From contig CAVSHB010000001.1 of the NCBI GenBank assembly GCA_963727775.1, positions 864,001 through 928,000 of the forward strand: a stretch of 64,000 nucleotides of DNA, read 5' to 3'. Shown piece by piece: positions 20,571 to 29,323 of this stretch. The position numbers were made by a program, and so were the translations under genes. Below the pieces are notes generated by a model. It made no database searches. It was not told the DNA's origin and saw only the letters and a program-made list of their open reading frames with translations. Origin of the DNA: an uncultured Nitrospiraceae bacterium (lineage in GTDB: Bacteria > Nitrospirota > Thermodesulfovibrionia > Thermodesulfovibrionales > SM23-35). Numbering within the stretch: the stretch's first letter is position 1; the number at the start of each line of letters is the position of its first letter.

Positions 20571-21668
20571 TTGAAAAGAGTTGTAGTGAAGATCGGCAGC
20601 AATATACTTGCCGATAAAAAAGAAGGGCTTGACACAAGAAGAATCCTGGCAATAGCCCACGATATTTCCGAACTGCTGGATTCGGGATTTGAAGTTGTGG
20701 TTGTCTCATCCGGTGCCATTGCCGCAGGGATGGGAAAGCTCGGACTGAAGGAAAAGCCGAAGGACATAAAACTCAAGCAGGCTGCTGCGGCTGTAGGACA
20801 GAGCAGCTTGATGTGGGCATATGAGAGAAGCTTTGGAGAATTTGGTAAGAAAGTTGCTCAGATATTGCTCACGCGCGATGATTTTTCCGACAGGAAAAGA
20901 TATATCAACTCCAAGAATACTTTGCTTACACTGCTTTCATACGGGATTGTACCGATAATTAATGAAAATGACACGGTTTCTACAGACGAGATAAGGTTCG
21001 GCGACAATGATTATCTTGCTTCATTGGTGGCCGGCCTTATCGAAGCGGAAAGGCTCATTATTCTTTCAGACGTAGAAGGGTTGTATACGGAGGACCCGAG
21101 GTACAGCGCGAAAGCGAGTCTTATTGAATGTGTTGATGAAATAACGGACGAAATCGAAAAAAGGGCGGGCGGCGCAGGAAGCGCCTTAGGCACGGGAGGT
21201 ATGTATTCAAAAGTATTGGCCGCAAAAAGGGCGATAAGCAACGGCGTAACGGTACATATTATAAGCGGGAGAAGGACCGGGCTTATTAAATCTCTTATGG
21301 AAGGTAACCGCTGTGGTACTTTATTCAAACCGAAAATAGAAAAGCTTTCCTCAAGGAAAGGGTGGATCGCCTATGGCAGCCGTTCAAAGGGGAACCTCGT
21401 AATCGATGAAGGCGCTGTGAGCGCTCTGGTAAAAGGCGGCAAGAGTCTTCTGCCATCCGGGATTGTATCGGTTGAAGGTAATTTCGATACGGGTGATGCT
21501 GTTTATTGTCTTGATTCCGGGGGCAACCGCGTCGCCAAGGGACTGATTAACTATTCTTCTTCAGAGGTAATAAAAATTAAAGGCAGGAAGACATCGGAGA
21601 TCGAAAGAATCCTCGGATATAAATATTCCGATGAGGCAATACACAGAGATAATCTGGTTTTGGTTTGA
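20571..21668 (+). CDS. proB: Glutamate 5-kinase
   Basis: VVKIGS, VSSGAI, INENDTV, FGDND, GTGGM, C-terminal PUA domain. Confidence 0.96.
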   Translation: MKRVVVKIGSNILADKKEGLDTRRILAIAHDISELLDSGFEVVVVSSGAIAAGMGKLGLKEKPKDIKLKQAAAAVGQSSLMWAYERSFGEFGKKVAQILLTRDDFSDRKRYINSKNTLLTLLSYGIVPIINENDTVSTDEIRFGDNDYLASLVAGLIEAERLIILSDVEGLYTEDPRYSAKASLIECVDEITDEIEKRAGGAGSALGTGGMYSKVLAAKRAISNGVTVHIISGRRTGLIKSLMEGNRCGTLFKPKIEKLSSRKGWIAYGSRSKGNLVIDEGAVSALVKGGKSLLPSGIVSVEGNFDTGDAVYCLDSGGNRVAKGLINYSSSEVIKIKGRKTSEIERILGYKYSDEAIHRDNLVLV

Positions 21669-21680
21669 ATCACTTCTATA

Positions 21681-22208
21681 CTAACGAGAGATTTTTTTCA
21701 ATAACCCGCGGGCATTCATGAAAATATCTATATGAGTATCTTCCTGATAATCCCTGAATGTAAAAAGATGTGGTTTGAACGTGCCTTCTTTCTGGTGAAA
21801 TATGAGTGTGACCTCTCCATAAATACCTTTCCCCAGGTTGAGGCGGTGTGAATAGTTCTTTGTGGAAGCAAGGACTACCTTTGCAAGGGTAAGGTAGCCG
21901 GGGTCTATGTTTATCAGTCTTTTGCCGCTGACAGAGAATGAAGCCTCAACCTCATTTGTCTTTATCTTAATATCGGCGAGTGTCCCGGTATTGAAAAGGT
22001 CTTTAAAGAAGATGAACCGACGTTCTATGGGAGAGCCGAGTTCGTTTCTGTAATAAACAGAGTAGTCCCATGGGAGGGGAGGGCTGACCGACAGACTGTC
22101 GCCGAAAATGTTTTCGAGGATTATTTTCGTATGCGCGAATATCTCCGGATCGGAATAAAGTGCGCCTGTGAAGAGTAAAGCAGCTTCAGGAGGTCTGATT
22201 TTCCCCAC
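21681..22208 (-). CDS. DUF4416-family protein
   Basis: NIDPGYL, LASTKNYSHR, FRDY. Confidence 0.8.
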   Translation of the reverse strand: MGKIRPPEAALLFTGALYSDPEIFAHTKIILENIFGDSLSVSPPLPWDYSVYYRNELGSPIERRFIFFKDLFNTGTLADIKIKTNEVEASFSVSGKRLINIDPGYLTLAKVVLASTKNYSHRLNLGKGIYGEVTLIFHQKEGTFKPHLFTFRDYQEDTHIDIFMNARGLLKKISR

Positions 22209-22244
22209 AATTCGTCAGCCGGTCATCAACTGGAAATTCAATTA

Positions 22245-22772
22245 TTAAGGTTCTTTTATAAGGTCCCGGAATGCTGAGATGGCTTGAGGCGAATCCCATT
22301 CGGCAGGACCGATCACCTTGTCCCTTAAAATTCCCTTCTTATCGATAATGTACGTCTCAGGCACGCCGGTAATCGCGAATATTTTGGCCGCTGATTCATC
22401 GGAGTTGAGGTAGACAGGGAAGGTAAGCCCATTCTCCTTCATAAAACCGGATGCCCTTTGAGCATCGTCTTTATAAAGAATTGTCACCATCTTGAATTGC
22501 GGGTTTCCTGAAAAAACCCCGGACAACCTCTCGACAGACGGCAATTCTTCAACGCATGATCCGCACCACGTTGCCCAGAAGTTTACAAATACAACCGACC
22601 CTTTCATATCGGAAAGGCTGATTTTGTTTTTGTTCATGTCGAGGATATTGAAATTCGGCACCGGGCTTCCGATTGTTGCCATTCTTGGACTGCGCTCAGT
22701 CTTTAGAACCAAAAAAGCGACTATTATCCCGCACAGTACTATTAACGTAATGATCAGAGGTTTGATTTTCAC
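22245..22772 (-). CDS. TlpA/ResA-family thiol-disulfide oxidoreductase
   Basis: N-terminal TM; NFWATWCGSC; GVPETYIID. Confidence 0.92.
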   Translation of the reverse strand: MKIKPLIITLIVLCGIIVAFLVLKTERSPRMATIGSPVPNFNILDMNKNKISLSDMKGSVVFVNFWATWCGSCVEELPSVERLSGVFSGNPQFKMVTILYKDDAQRASGFMKENGLTFPVYLNSDESAAKIFAITGVPETYIIDKKGILRDKVIGPAEWDSPQAISAFRDLIKEP

Positions 22773-22778
22773 CTGAGA

Positions 22779-25220
22779 TTAATTTGCACCGGACAAGATG
22801 GGAACGTCTTCCTCTATAAAAGCAGGACTGTCGCCTTCGAGAACAATGTTGATCTTGTGCGAATCCTTGAATCTGCCTTTGAGGAGTTCTTCGGACAGAG
22901 GGTCCTCTATTGTTTTTTGGACGGCTCTCCTCATGGGTCTCGCGCCATATGTCGGCTGATAGTAATGCTGGATGATCCATTCCTTTACTTCATGCGACAC
23001 TTCAATGACAAGCTCCTGCTGTTCGATGAGCAGCCTGTTTGTCTCTTCAACAAGTAAATCAATGATCGAGAACAGATGGCTTTTTTCAAGCGGGTGAAAC
23101 ACTACTGTCTCGTCAACGCGATTCAGAAATTCGGGATTGAACGTCTTCTTCAGCTCATTCAAAACGTTTTCCTTTATCTTCTCATAGACCATTTCCGAAA
23201 TGTTCCTCTGGAAACCTAAAGGAGTTGCTTTCTCGATCAAGCGCGCCCCGAGGTTTGAGGTCATGATGATTACCGTGTTCCTGAAATCTACTTTTCTTCC
23301 GTAATTATCCGTCAGCACCCCTTCATCAAGCACCTGAAGGAGTATATTAAACACCTCGGGATGGGCCTTCTCTATTTCATCGAACAGCACCACTGAATAA
23401 GGCCTTTTTCTTATCTTTTCCGTAAGCTGGCCGCCTTCTTCATACCCGACATATCCCGGAGGCGCCCCTGTCAGTCTGGAGACGTTGAACTTCTCCATAT
23501 ACTCCGACATATCGATCTTTATGAGCGAGGTATCGTCATTAAACAGGAACGATGCCAGCGCCTTGGCAAGTTCCGTCTTACCGACGCCGGTTGGTCCAAG
23601 GAAAAAGAAAGAACCTATCGGTTTCTTGTTGGATTTAAGCCCGGCCCTTGATCTTCTGATAGCCCTTGAGACGGCCTTAATCGCTTCTTCCTGGCCTATG
23701 ATCCTCTTGTGAAGGCTCTCTTCCATCCTGATCAGTTTCTCGGATTCTTTTTCTTCAAGCCTGGACAGAGGTATTCCCGTCATCTTTGATACGGTGTATT
23801 CAATATCCTCTACGCTCACTAAGGGTATATCCTTATTTAAATTCTCTATCCACTGTCTGTGCAACTGTTCATGCACCCTTTTGAGCCGTTCTTCTTCCAG
23901 CCGTATAGAAGAAGCCTTTTCGAGATCGTGCAATTTTATATAAAGATTTTTCTCTTTCGAAAACCTCTGTATGTCATTCTCGATTTCCTTTAATTCCTGC
24001 GGAGGGGTATACTTCTTCAGCTTGATCCTTGACCCGGTCTCGTCAATGACATCGATTGCCTTATCGGGGAGATATCTGTCGGAGATGTATCTGTCCGATA
24101 ATCTTGCCGCAATCTCTATCGCAGTCTCGCTTATCTTGACCTTATGGAAAGACTCGTATCTCGGTTTCAGTCCTTTAAGAATATTTATCGTGTTTTCGAT
24201 ATTCGGCGGCTGTATATAGATAGGCTGGAATCTGCGTTCCAATGCGCCGTCTTTTTCTATATGTTTTCTGTATTCATCCGGTGTAGTCGCACCGATACAC
24301 TGCATCTCCCCGCGTGATAAAGCGGGTTTAAGCATACTCGATGCGTCGACGGAACCCTCTGCCGCGCCGGCGCCTATCAGTGTGTGCAACTCGTCAATAA
24401 AGAGAATAATATTGTCCGATTGGGCGATTTCCTTCATCACGATCTTCAATCTCTCTTCGAACTGCCCCCTGTATTTTGTACCGGCAATTAACGCGCCGAG
24501 ATCGAGGGAAACAATTCTCTTGCCTATCAGGCTGTCTGGTATGTTCCCTGAGATGATTTTTTGCGCGAGCCCTTCGACTATTGCGGTTTTGCCGACGCCG
24601 GGTTCGCCTATAACAACCGGGTTATTTTTTATCCTGCGGCCGAGTATCTGGACAAGTCTCTCGATTTCATCTTCCCTGCCTATTACAGGATCGAGTTTTC
24701 CTTCTTTGGCCAGCAGCGTCAGGTCTCTCCCGAACTCATCAAGCGCCGGGGTCGTGCTCTTCTTGTCCTTTACATTAGAGTGTGCCCTTATTGAAAAGTT
24801 GATGGTGAGCTGTCTTGCCCCGAGAAGGTTGGCGCCGAAACTCCTCAATATCTTGCCGCCTATGCCTTCCTCTTCTCTTATCAGACCGAGAAAGATGTGT
24901 TCACTTCCGATATAATTGTGGCCGAGGAGACGCGCTTCTTCAACAGCGAGTTCGAGGACTTTTTTGGCGCGGGGTGTAAAAGGGATGTCCCCGAAGGTCA
25001 TGAGGTTAGTACCCTGAGGAAGGTTTCTTTCTATCTCCAGACGGACTTCTTCAGCAGTGATGCCCATCCTTTTCAGAATAGCTATCGGCAGGCCATCATC
25101 TTCTTTTAAGACTGCAAGTAATAAGTGCTCTGTCCCGAGATAATCGTTTTGGCGTTTCTCGGCCTCTTCCTTTGCATAGATGATTACCTTCCTGCCACGC
25201 TCTGTAAACTTCTCAAACAT
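22779..25220 (-). CDS. clpC: ATP-dependent Clp protease ATP-binding subunit ClpC
   Basis: Clp N repeats, GEPGVGKT, GPTGVGKT, GAPPGYVGY, GARP. Confidence 0.95.
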   Translation of the reverse strand: MFEKFTERGRKVIIYAKEEAEKRQNDYLGTEHLLLAVLKEDDGLPIAILKRMGITAEEVRLEIERNLPQGTNLMTFGDIPFTPRAKKVLELAVEEARLLGHNYIGSEHIFLGLIREEEGIGGKILRSFGANLLGARQLTINFSIRAHSNVKDKKSTTPALDEFGRDLTLLAKEGKLDPVIGREDEIERLVQILGRRIKNNPVVIGEPGVGKTAIVEGLAQKIISGNIPDSLIGKRIVSLDLGALIAGTKYRGQFEERLKIVMKEIAQSDNIILFIDELHTLIGAGAAEGSVDASSMLKPALSRGEMQCIGATTPDEYRKHIEKDGALERRFQPIYIQPPNIENTINILKGLKPRYESFHKVKISETAIEIAARLSDRYISDRYLPDKAIDVIDETGSRIKLKKYTPPQELKEIENDIQRFSKEKNLYIKLHDLEKASSIRLEEERLKRVHEQLHRQWIENLNKDIPLVSVEDIEYTVSKMTGIPLSRLEEKESEKLIRMEESLHKRIIGQEEAIKAVSRAIRRSRAGLKSNKKPIGSFFFLGPTGVGKTELAKALASFLFNDDTSLIKIDMSEYMEKFNVSRLTGAPPGYVGYEEGGQLTEKIRKRPYSVVLFDEIEKAHPEVFNILLQVLDEGVLTDNYGRKVDFRNTVIIMTSNLGARLIEKATPLGFQRNISEMVYEKIKENVLNELKKTFNPEFLNRVDETVVFHPLEKSHLFSIIDLLVEETNRLLIEQQELVIEVSHEVKEWIIQHYYQPTYGARPMRRAVQKTIEDPLSEELLKGRFKDSHKINIVLEGDSPAFIEEDVPILSGAN

Positions 25221-25339
25221 TTTAACTCCTATTTAGTTAAATGATACTTCTTTTATCGTCTAAAGTCAACAACGGCGCAACGTCCAAAGCAGCGATATTC
25301 CTTTCTATCCGGCGTATAATAATGATAATATTTAGACTA

Positions 25340-25522
25340 ATGAAAGAGAGAGGGATTGCTGAAATCGGAGCGAAAAAGGATGCGGATAAAGACAAGCTGC
25401 GGATTAAAAATAAGGATGTCCCGCAGGGTCATACAATGAATATCTGCACCAATGTTTCATGCCGTTTGAGGAAAGCGGGGTGCAGGGGATTTGAGGGTTG
25501 CCCCGGATATATGTCAAAATAG
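25340..25522 (+). CDS. Small hypothetical protein with a C-terminal four-Cys motif
   Basis: CTNVSCRLRKAGCRGFEGCPGY; start uncertain. Confidence 0.45.
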   Translation: MKERGIAEIGAKKDADKDKLRIKNKDVPQGHTMNICTNVSCRLRKAGCRGFEGCPGYMSK

Positions 25523-25549
25523 GTTCATATAAAAATTGAGGAGGATACT

Positions 25550-26128
25550 GTGAAAAAGCTGGCGTATATTATTTTTTCCGTTATGGTTTTGAGTGTCTCA
25601 GGGTGCGGCTATAATACCATGCAGGCAAATGAAGAAGCGGTGAAGGCCGCATGGGGCAATATCGAGGCGACGTATCAGAGGAGGAGTGATCTTATTCCGA
25701 ATCTTGTTGAAGTCGTAAAGGCATATGCAAAACATGAGAGGGAGACCCTTACCGCGGTGACAGAGGCGCGGGCAAAAGTCGGCACTATACAAGCGTCAAA
25801 GGTGGTTGATGACCCCAAGGCTTTCGCGCAGTTCCAGCAGGCGCAGGCGGCGATGAGCAGCGCGCTGTCGAGGCTTATGGTTGTAGTTGAAAAATATCCC
25901 GACCTGAAAGCCAACCAGAACTTTCAGGACCTACAGCATCAGCTTGAAGGAACGGAGAACAGGATCAACGTTGCGCGTACACGGTATAATAAAGCTGTGG
26001 AGGCATTTAATACCTCAATAAGGGTGTTCCCGAACAGCCTCACTAATTCCATGCTGTTACACCTGAAACTTAAAGAGCCGTTTAAGGCTGAGGCGGGAGC
26101 TGAAAAGGCGCCTCAGGTTAAATTCTAA
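25550..26128 (+). CDS. lemA: LemA family protein
   Basis: [27 protein letters not shown]. Confidence 0.95.
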   Translation: MKKLAYIIFSVMVLSVSGCGYNTMQANEEAVKAAWGNIEATYQRRSDLIPNLVEVVKAYAKHERETLTAVTEARAKVGTIQASKVVDDPKAFAQFQQAQAAMSSALSRLMVVVEKYPDLKANQNFQDLQHQLEGTENRINVARTRYNKAVEAFNTSIRVFPNSLTNSMLLHLKLKEPFKAEAGAEKAPQVKF

Positions 26129-26135
26129 GGTTACA

Positions 26136-27104
26136 ATGAAAAGCATAATGGAACAGGCCGGATACACGATGCACGATTGTTCTCTGCTTCCGACGCACCC
26201 TTTAGTAACCCCTCCATCCTCCCCTTATTTAAGGGGAGGCAAGGTGGGGTTAATTCTTTTTTCTTTTTTCTTTTTGTTTCTGATTTCTTCTGCCTATGCC
26301 CTTGACGTACCGAAGCTTCAGGGCTATGTGAATGATTATGGTGGCATGATGTCTACCCGGGCAGCAACAGCACTTGACAATGAGCTGCGAAATTTTGAGC
26401 GAACGGATTCGACACAGATAGTGGTCCTGACAATCCCGTCACTTGAAGGTGAAGTTATCGAGGACTTCGGCATTAAAGTAGCGGAGGCCTGGAAGATCGG
26501 CCAGAAGATGAAGGACAATGGCGTGATTTTTATTGTCGCAAAACAGGACAGAAAAATAAGAGTCGAGGTCGGGCGTGGGCTTGAGGGCAGGCTGACGGAT
26601 TTAATGTCAGGCAGGCTAATTGACCTTGTCGTAAAACCCAGGTTCAAGAGAGGGGATTTTGACGGTGGGTTTATTGCCGGGGTCTCAGCGCTTATCGATG
26701 CTACCAGAGGAGAATTCAAGGGGGACGGGAACCACCGTCCGCAAAAACATGAGAGATATTCGCAGGTTTTTACTTACATAATTTTTGGCGGTATTATTCT
26801 CCTTGCCCTCGGCAGTCTCTCGCGCGTTCTCGGAGGGATTGCAGGGGCCATTGTTCTGCCCCTGATTGTTTTTCTTGCCGGATTTTCCAGCTTGATTGTA
26901 TTAATTGTTTTTGCGGTTTTGGGAGTAGTTGCGGGAATATTCCTGCCGGCGCTGTTTTCATCCGGAGGGCGTTTTGGAGGCGGAGGTTTTTGGCCCGGAG
27001 GTTTTTTCGGGTCCGGCGGAGGGGCCAGCGGAGGTGATTTCGGAGGAGGTTTCAGCGGCGGCGGCGGTGATTTCGGCGGCGGCGGAGCGTCAGGAGACTG
27101 GTGA
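26136..27104 (+). CDS. TPM-domain (YgcG-like) membrane protein
   Basis: YVND, EVGRGLEG, Gly-rich tail ending GGGGASGDW. Confidence 0.92.
   Translation: MKSIMEQAGYTMHDCSLLPTHPLVTPPSSPYLRGGKVGLILFSFFFLFLISSAYALDVPKLQGYVNDYGGMMSTRAATALDNELRNFERTDSTQIVVLTIPSLEGEVIEDFGIKVAEAWKIGQKMKDNGVIFIVAKQDRKIRVEVGRGLEGRLTDLMSGRLIDLVVKPRFKRGDFDGGFIAGVSALIDATRGEFKGDGNHRPQKHERYSQVFTYIIFGGIILLALGSLSRVLGGIAGAIVLPLIVFLAGFSSLIVLIVFAVLGVVAGIFLPALFSSGGRFGGGGFWPGGFFGSGGGASGGDFGGGFSGGGGDFGGGGASGDW
26206..26252. repeat. REP-like palindrome inside the TPM gene 5' region
   Basis: TAAC...CCTCCCCTTA-TT-TAAGGGGAGG...GTTA; same architecture as 20468-20517. Confidence 0.65.
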
Positions 27105-27748
27105 TGAAACAAAAGGTTAAGGCAGAAAATTTCTTTAGAAAAGAAGAACGGGAAAGGATAACGCAGACCATCCATGATGTCGAGTCGCGCACAATCGGAG
27201 AGGTTGTGGTTATGGTGGTTGACAGCAGTGATCCATACCATGAAGCAGATGTGATGGGTGGAGTCATTCTCGGAAGTCTTTTATCACTTATTGCAACTGT
27301 TTTATTTTTTCATTCGTCCATATGGTTTTATATTCCGCTGAGTTTACTGTTCTTTTTCCCTTCAAAGTTTATATTCGGCAAAGCACCGATTCTGAAAACG
27401 GTATTCATAAATCTGCGAAAAAAAGAACGCGCCGTAAAGAAAAGGGCTGTAAACGTATTCTATGAAAAGGGGCTTTATAAGACAAAAAAGAATACCGGGG
27501 TCTTGTTCTTCCTCTCCCTGCTCGAAAGGAAGGTCTGGGTCCTTGCCGACAAAGGTATTTATGAAAAGATCGAACAAAAAACATTGAACAAATTTGCAAA
27601 TATTGTTTCTCAGGGTATTAAAGATGACCGTGCCTGTGATGCATTATGCGGGGCCATCAAAGAAGCCGGAAGCCTGCTTGCCGAGCATTTCCCGATCACG
27701 CCGGACGACGTCGATGAACTGCCTGATGAAGTAATTACCGAAGAATAA
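27101..27748 (+). CDS. TPM-like membrane protein (lemA operon partner)
   Basis: ESRTIGEVV, TGVLFF, LADKGI, DELPDE. Confidence 0.88.
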   Translation: MMKQKVKAENFFRKEERERITQTIHDVESRTIGEVVVMVVDSSDPYHEADVMGGVILGSLLSLIATVLFFHSSIWFYIPLSLLFFFPSKFIFGKAPILKTVFINLRKKERAVKKRAVNVFYEKGLYKTKKNTGVLFFLSLLERKVWVLADKGIYEKIEQKTLNKFANIVSQGIKDDRACDALCGAIKEAGSLLAEHFPITPDDVDELPDEVITEE

Positions 27749-27793
27749 AACTCTTAATCTTCGATTATTGAAGGGGTCAGGCGGTTTATGATA

Positions 27794-27802
27794 TGGTATA
27801 AT
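27794..27802 (+). promoter_or_regulatory. Extended -10 promoter for the tRNA pair
   Basis: TGGTATAAT ~20 bp upstream of tRNA-Gln. Confidence 0.55.
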
Positions 27803-27823
27803 ACACTTCGTAAAAATTGCTTT

Positions 27824-27897
27824 TGGGGAGTCGTCCAGCGGCAGGACGGCAGGCTCTGGATCTGCTTACAGGGGTTCGAATCCTCTCTCCCCAGCCA
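27824..27897 (+). tRNA. tRNA-Gln(CTG)
   Basis: Acceptor TGGGGAG/CTCCCCA, anticodon loop CTCTGGA, GGTTCGAATCC, encoded CCA. Confidence 0.96.
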
Positions 27898-27900
27898 ATC

Positions 27901-27976
27901 GGTCCCATCGTCTAGAGGCCTAGGACGTGGCCCTCTCAAGGCTAAAACACGGGTTCAAATCCCGTTGGGACCGCCA
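27901..27976 (+). tRNA. tRNA-Glu(CTC)
   Basis: Acceptor GGTCCCA/TGGGACC, anticodon loop CTCTCAA, GGTTCAAATCC, encoded CCA. Confidence 0.96.
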
Positions 27977-27990
27977 ATAAAATCAACAGG

Positions 27991-29076
27991 TTATATAGTT
28001 TCATTTCCTATTGCTCTGTTAACTGTAACGCTACTGTAACAGTTGGGGTCATCCGTTTTATTTAAGACTGAAATAGCGTCTCTCAGGTTTTCTACCGACA
28101 AGTGAGAGTATCTTTGCGTCATCCTGATATCCTTATGCCCGAGCAGCTTTGAAATTGTATGAAGGTCAATTCCTTTTTGTCTGAGATAGCTTGCGAAGGT
28201 GTGGCGGAAATCATGAAACCTGAAGTTTTCAATTCGTGCGACCTTGCACACTTTTCTTATCGCTCTTTGAAGCTTAACAGGATAAATCCCTTTTCCGGCA
28301 TCATGAAAAACGAGGTCTGTATCAACTCGCCTTATTTTTTGTAATGATATAAAGGTATCAAAGGCTTCTTGTGTAAGAGGTATCCCCAAATTTTCTTTGT
28401 TTTTCATTTGAGAACCGTCGATGCATATAAGGCGTGAAAAGACATTTACCTGCGGCCATGTTAGTCCGAGGATATTGGCCTCTCTAAGTCCTGTGTTCAG
28501 AGCTACAATGACCATAGGCTTTAGCCATGCCGGGGTCACCTGATTGTCAACCGCGTCAAAAAGGCGCTTGTATTCATCATCACTCAGAAATCTGATTCTT
28601 TCATTGTTGACTTTCGGCATTTCAACTTGAGATACAGGATTGTCTTTAACCCATTTCCATTTTCTTTCGGCAAGGTTAAACATCCTTCGGAGAAGTCCCA
28701 ATTCTTTTACTATAGTAGCAGGCATAGCTTTAGCAGCCCTATGTTTTTCATAACCTCCAATAAGCGTTTCTATCCTGTGCAATGGCGTATTTTCTCCGAA
28801 ATATTTTCCGAGATGTTTTAGGATACTTTTGTCTCTCGCTCGGTATTTCTTCTTGCAAAGATATTCACTCTCATACTTCTGAATCATTTCCTTGAAAGTC
28901 CTTTTCTTTGTGTGTGGATCAAACCACTTTCCTTCCACAATCTCAGTAATCCGTTTTGCATGAATCTTCTCCGCTAATTTCTTGTTTGCAGTTGTAGTAG
29001 ATTCATATATTCTCTCGCCGTTTACTGTAAAGAACATCCAGTAGAATTTGCTTCCGCACCGTTTATAAAGACCCAT
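27991..29076 (-). CDS. Tyrosine integrase
   Basis: TGLR, FHDFRHTFAS, LLGHKDIRMTQRY; adjacent to attL. Confidence 0.95.
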   Translation of the reverse strand: MGLYKRCGSKFYWMFFTVNGERIYESTTTANKKLAEKIHAKRITEIVEGKWFDPHTKKRTFKEMIQKYESEYLCKKKYRARDKSILKHLGKYFGENTPLHRIETLIGGYEKHRAAKAMPATIVKELGLLRRMFNLAERKWKWVKDNPVSQVEMPKVNNERIRFLSDDEYKRLFDAVDNQVTPAWLKPMVIVALNTGLREANILGLTWPQVNVFSRLICIDGSQMKNKENLGIPLTQEAFDTFISLQKIRRVDTDLVFHDAGKGIYPVKLQRAIRKVCKVARIENFRFHDFRHTFASYLRQKGIDLHTISKLLGHKDIRMTQRYSHLSVENLRDAISVLNKTDDPNCYSSVTVNRAIGNETI

Positions 29077-29319
29077 CTAAAACTGCCCTCCTTTCCTGGG
29101 TCTTCTATCTGTTGCAATATTATAATGTCTTTCTCCTGAGTTTTTACAGCCGTTAATCCAGTCTGATATTTCACCCTCATCGAACCGCAAGAGGCCATTG
29201 AGCTTGAAGCAAGGGATAACCCCTTGCTCCGCCCAAGAATAGACAGTGCTAGGCTTAGCCTTTATAAGCTCGGCGACCTCTTTGACGGTTAATATGCTTA
29301 ATAACTTGATTGAGCTCAT
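29077..29319 (-). CDS. Excisionase-like HTH protein
   Basis: LTVKEVAELI...STVYSW...IPCFKL...LRF; abuts the integrase. Confidence 0.88.
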   Translation of the reverse strand: MSSIKLLSILTVKEVAELIKAKPSTVYSWAEQGVIPCFKLNGLLRFDEGEISDWINGCKNSGERHYNIATDRRPRKGGQF

Positions 29320-29323
29320 GATA

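Noticed and set aside
26960..27104. GGC/GGA-rich tract as a repeat element
   Set aside because: It is the normal Gly-rich tail of TPM-domain proteins.
27754..28039. ORFs 27754-27939(-) and 27788-28039(+)
   Set aside because: They overlap the two tRNA genes and are spurious.
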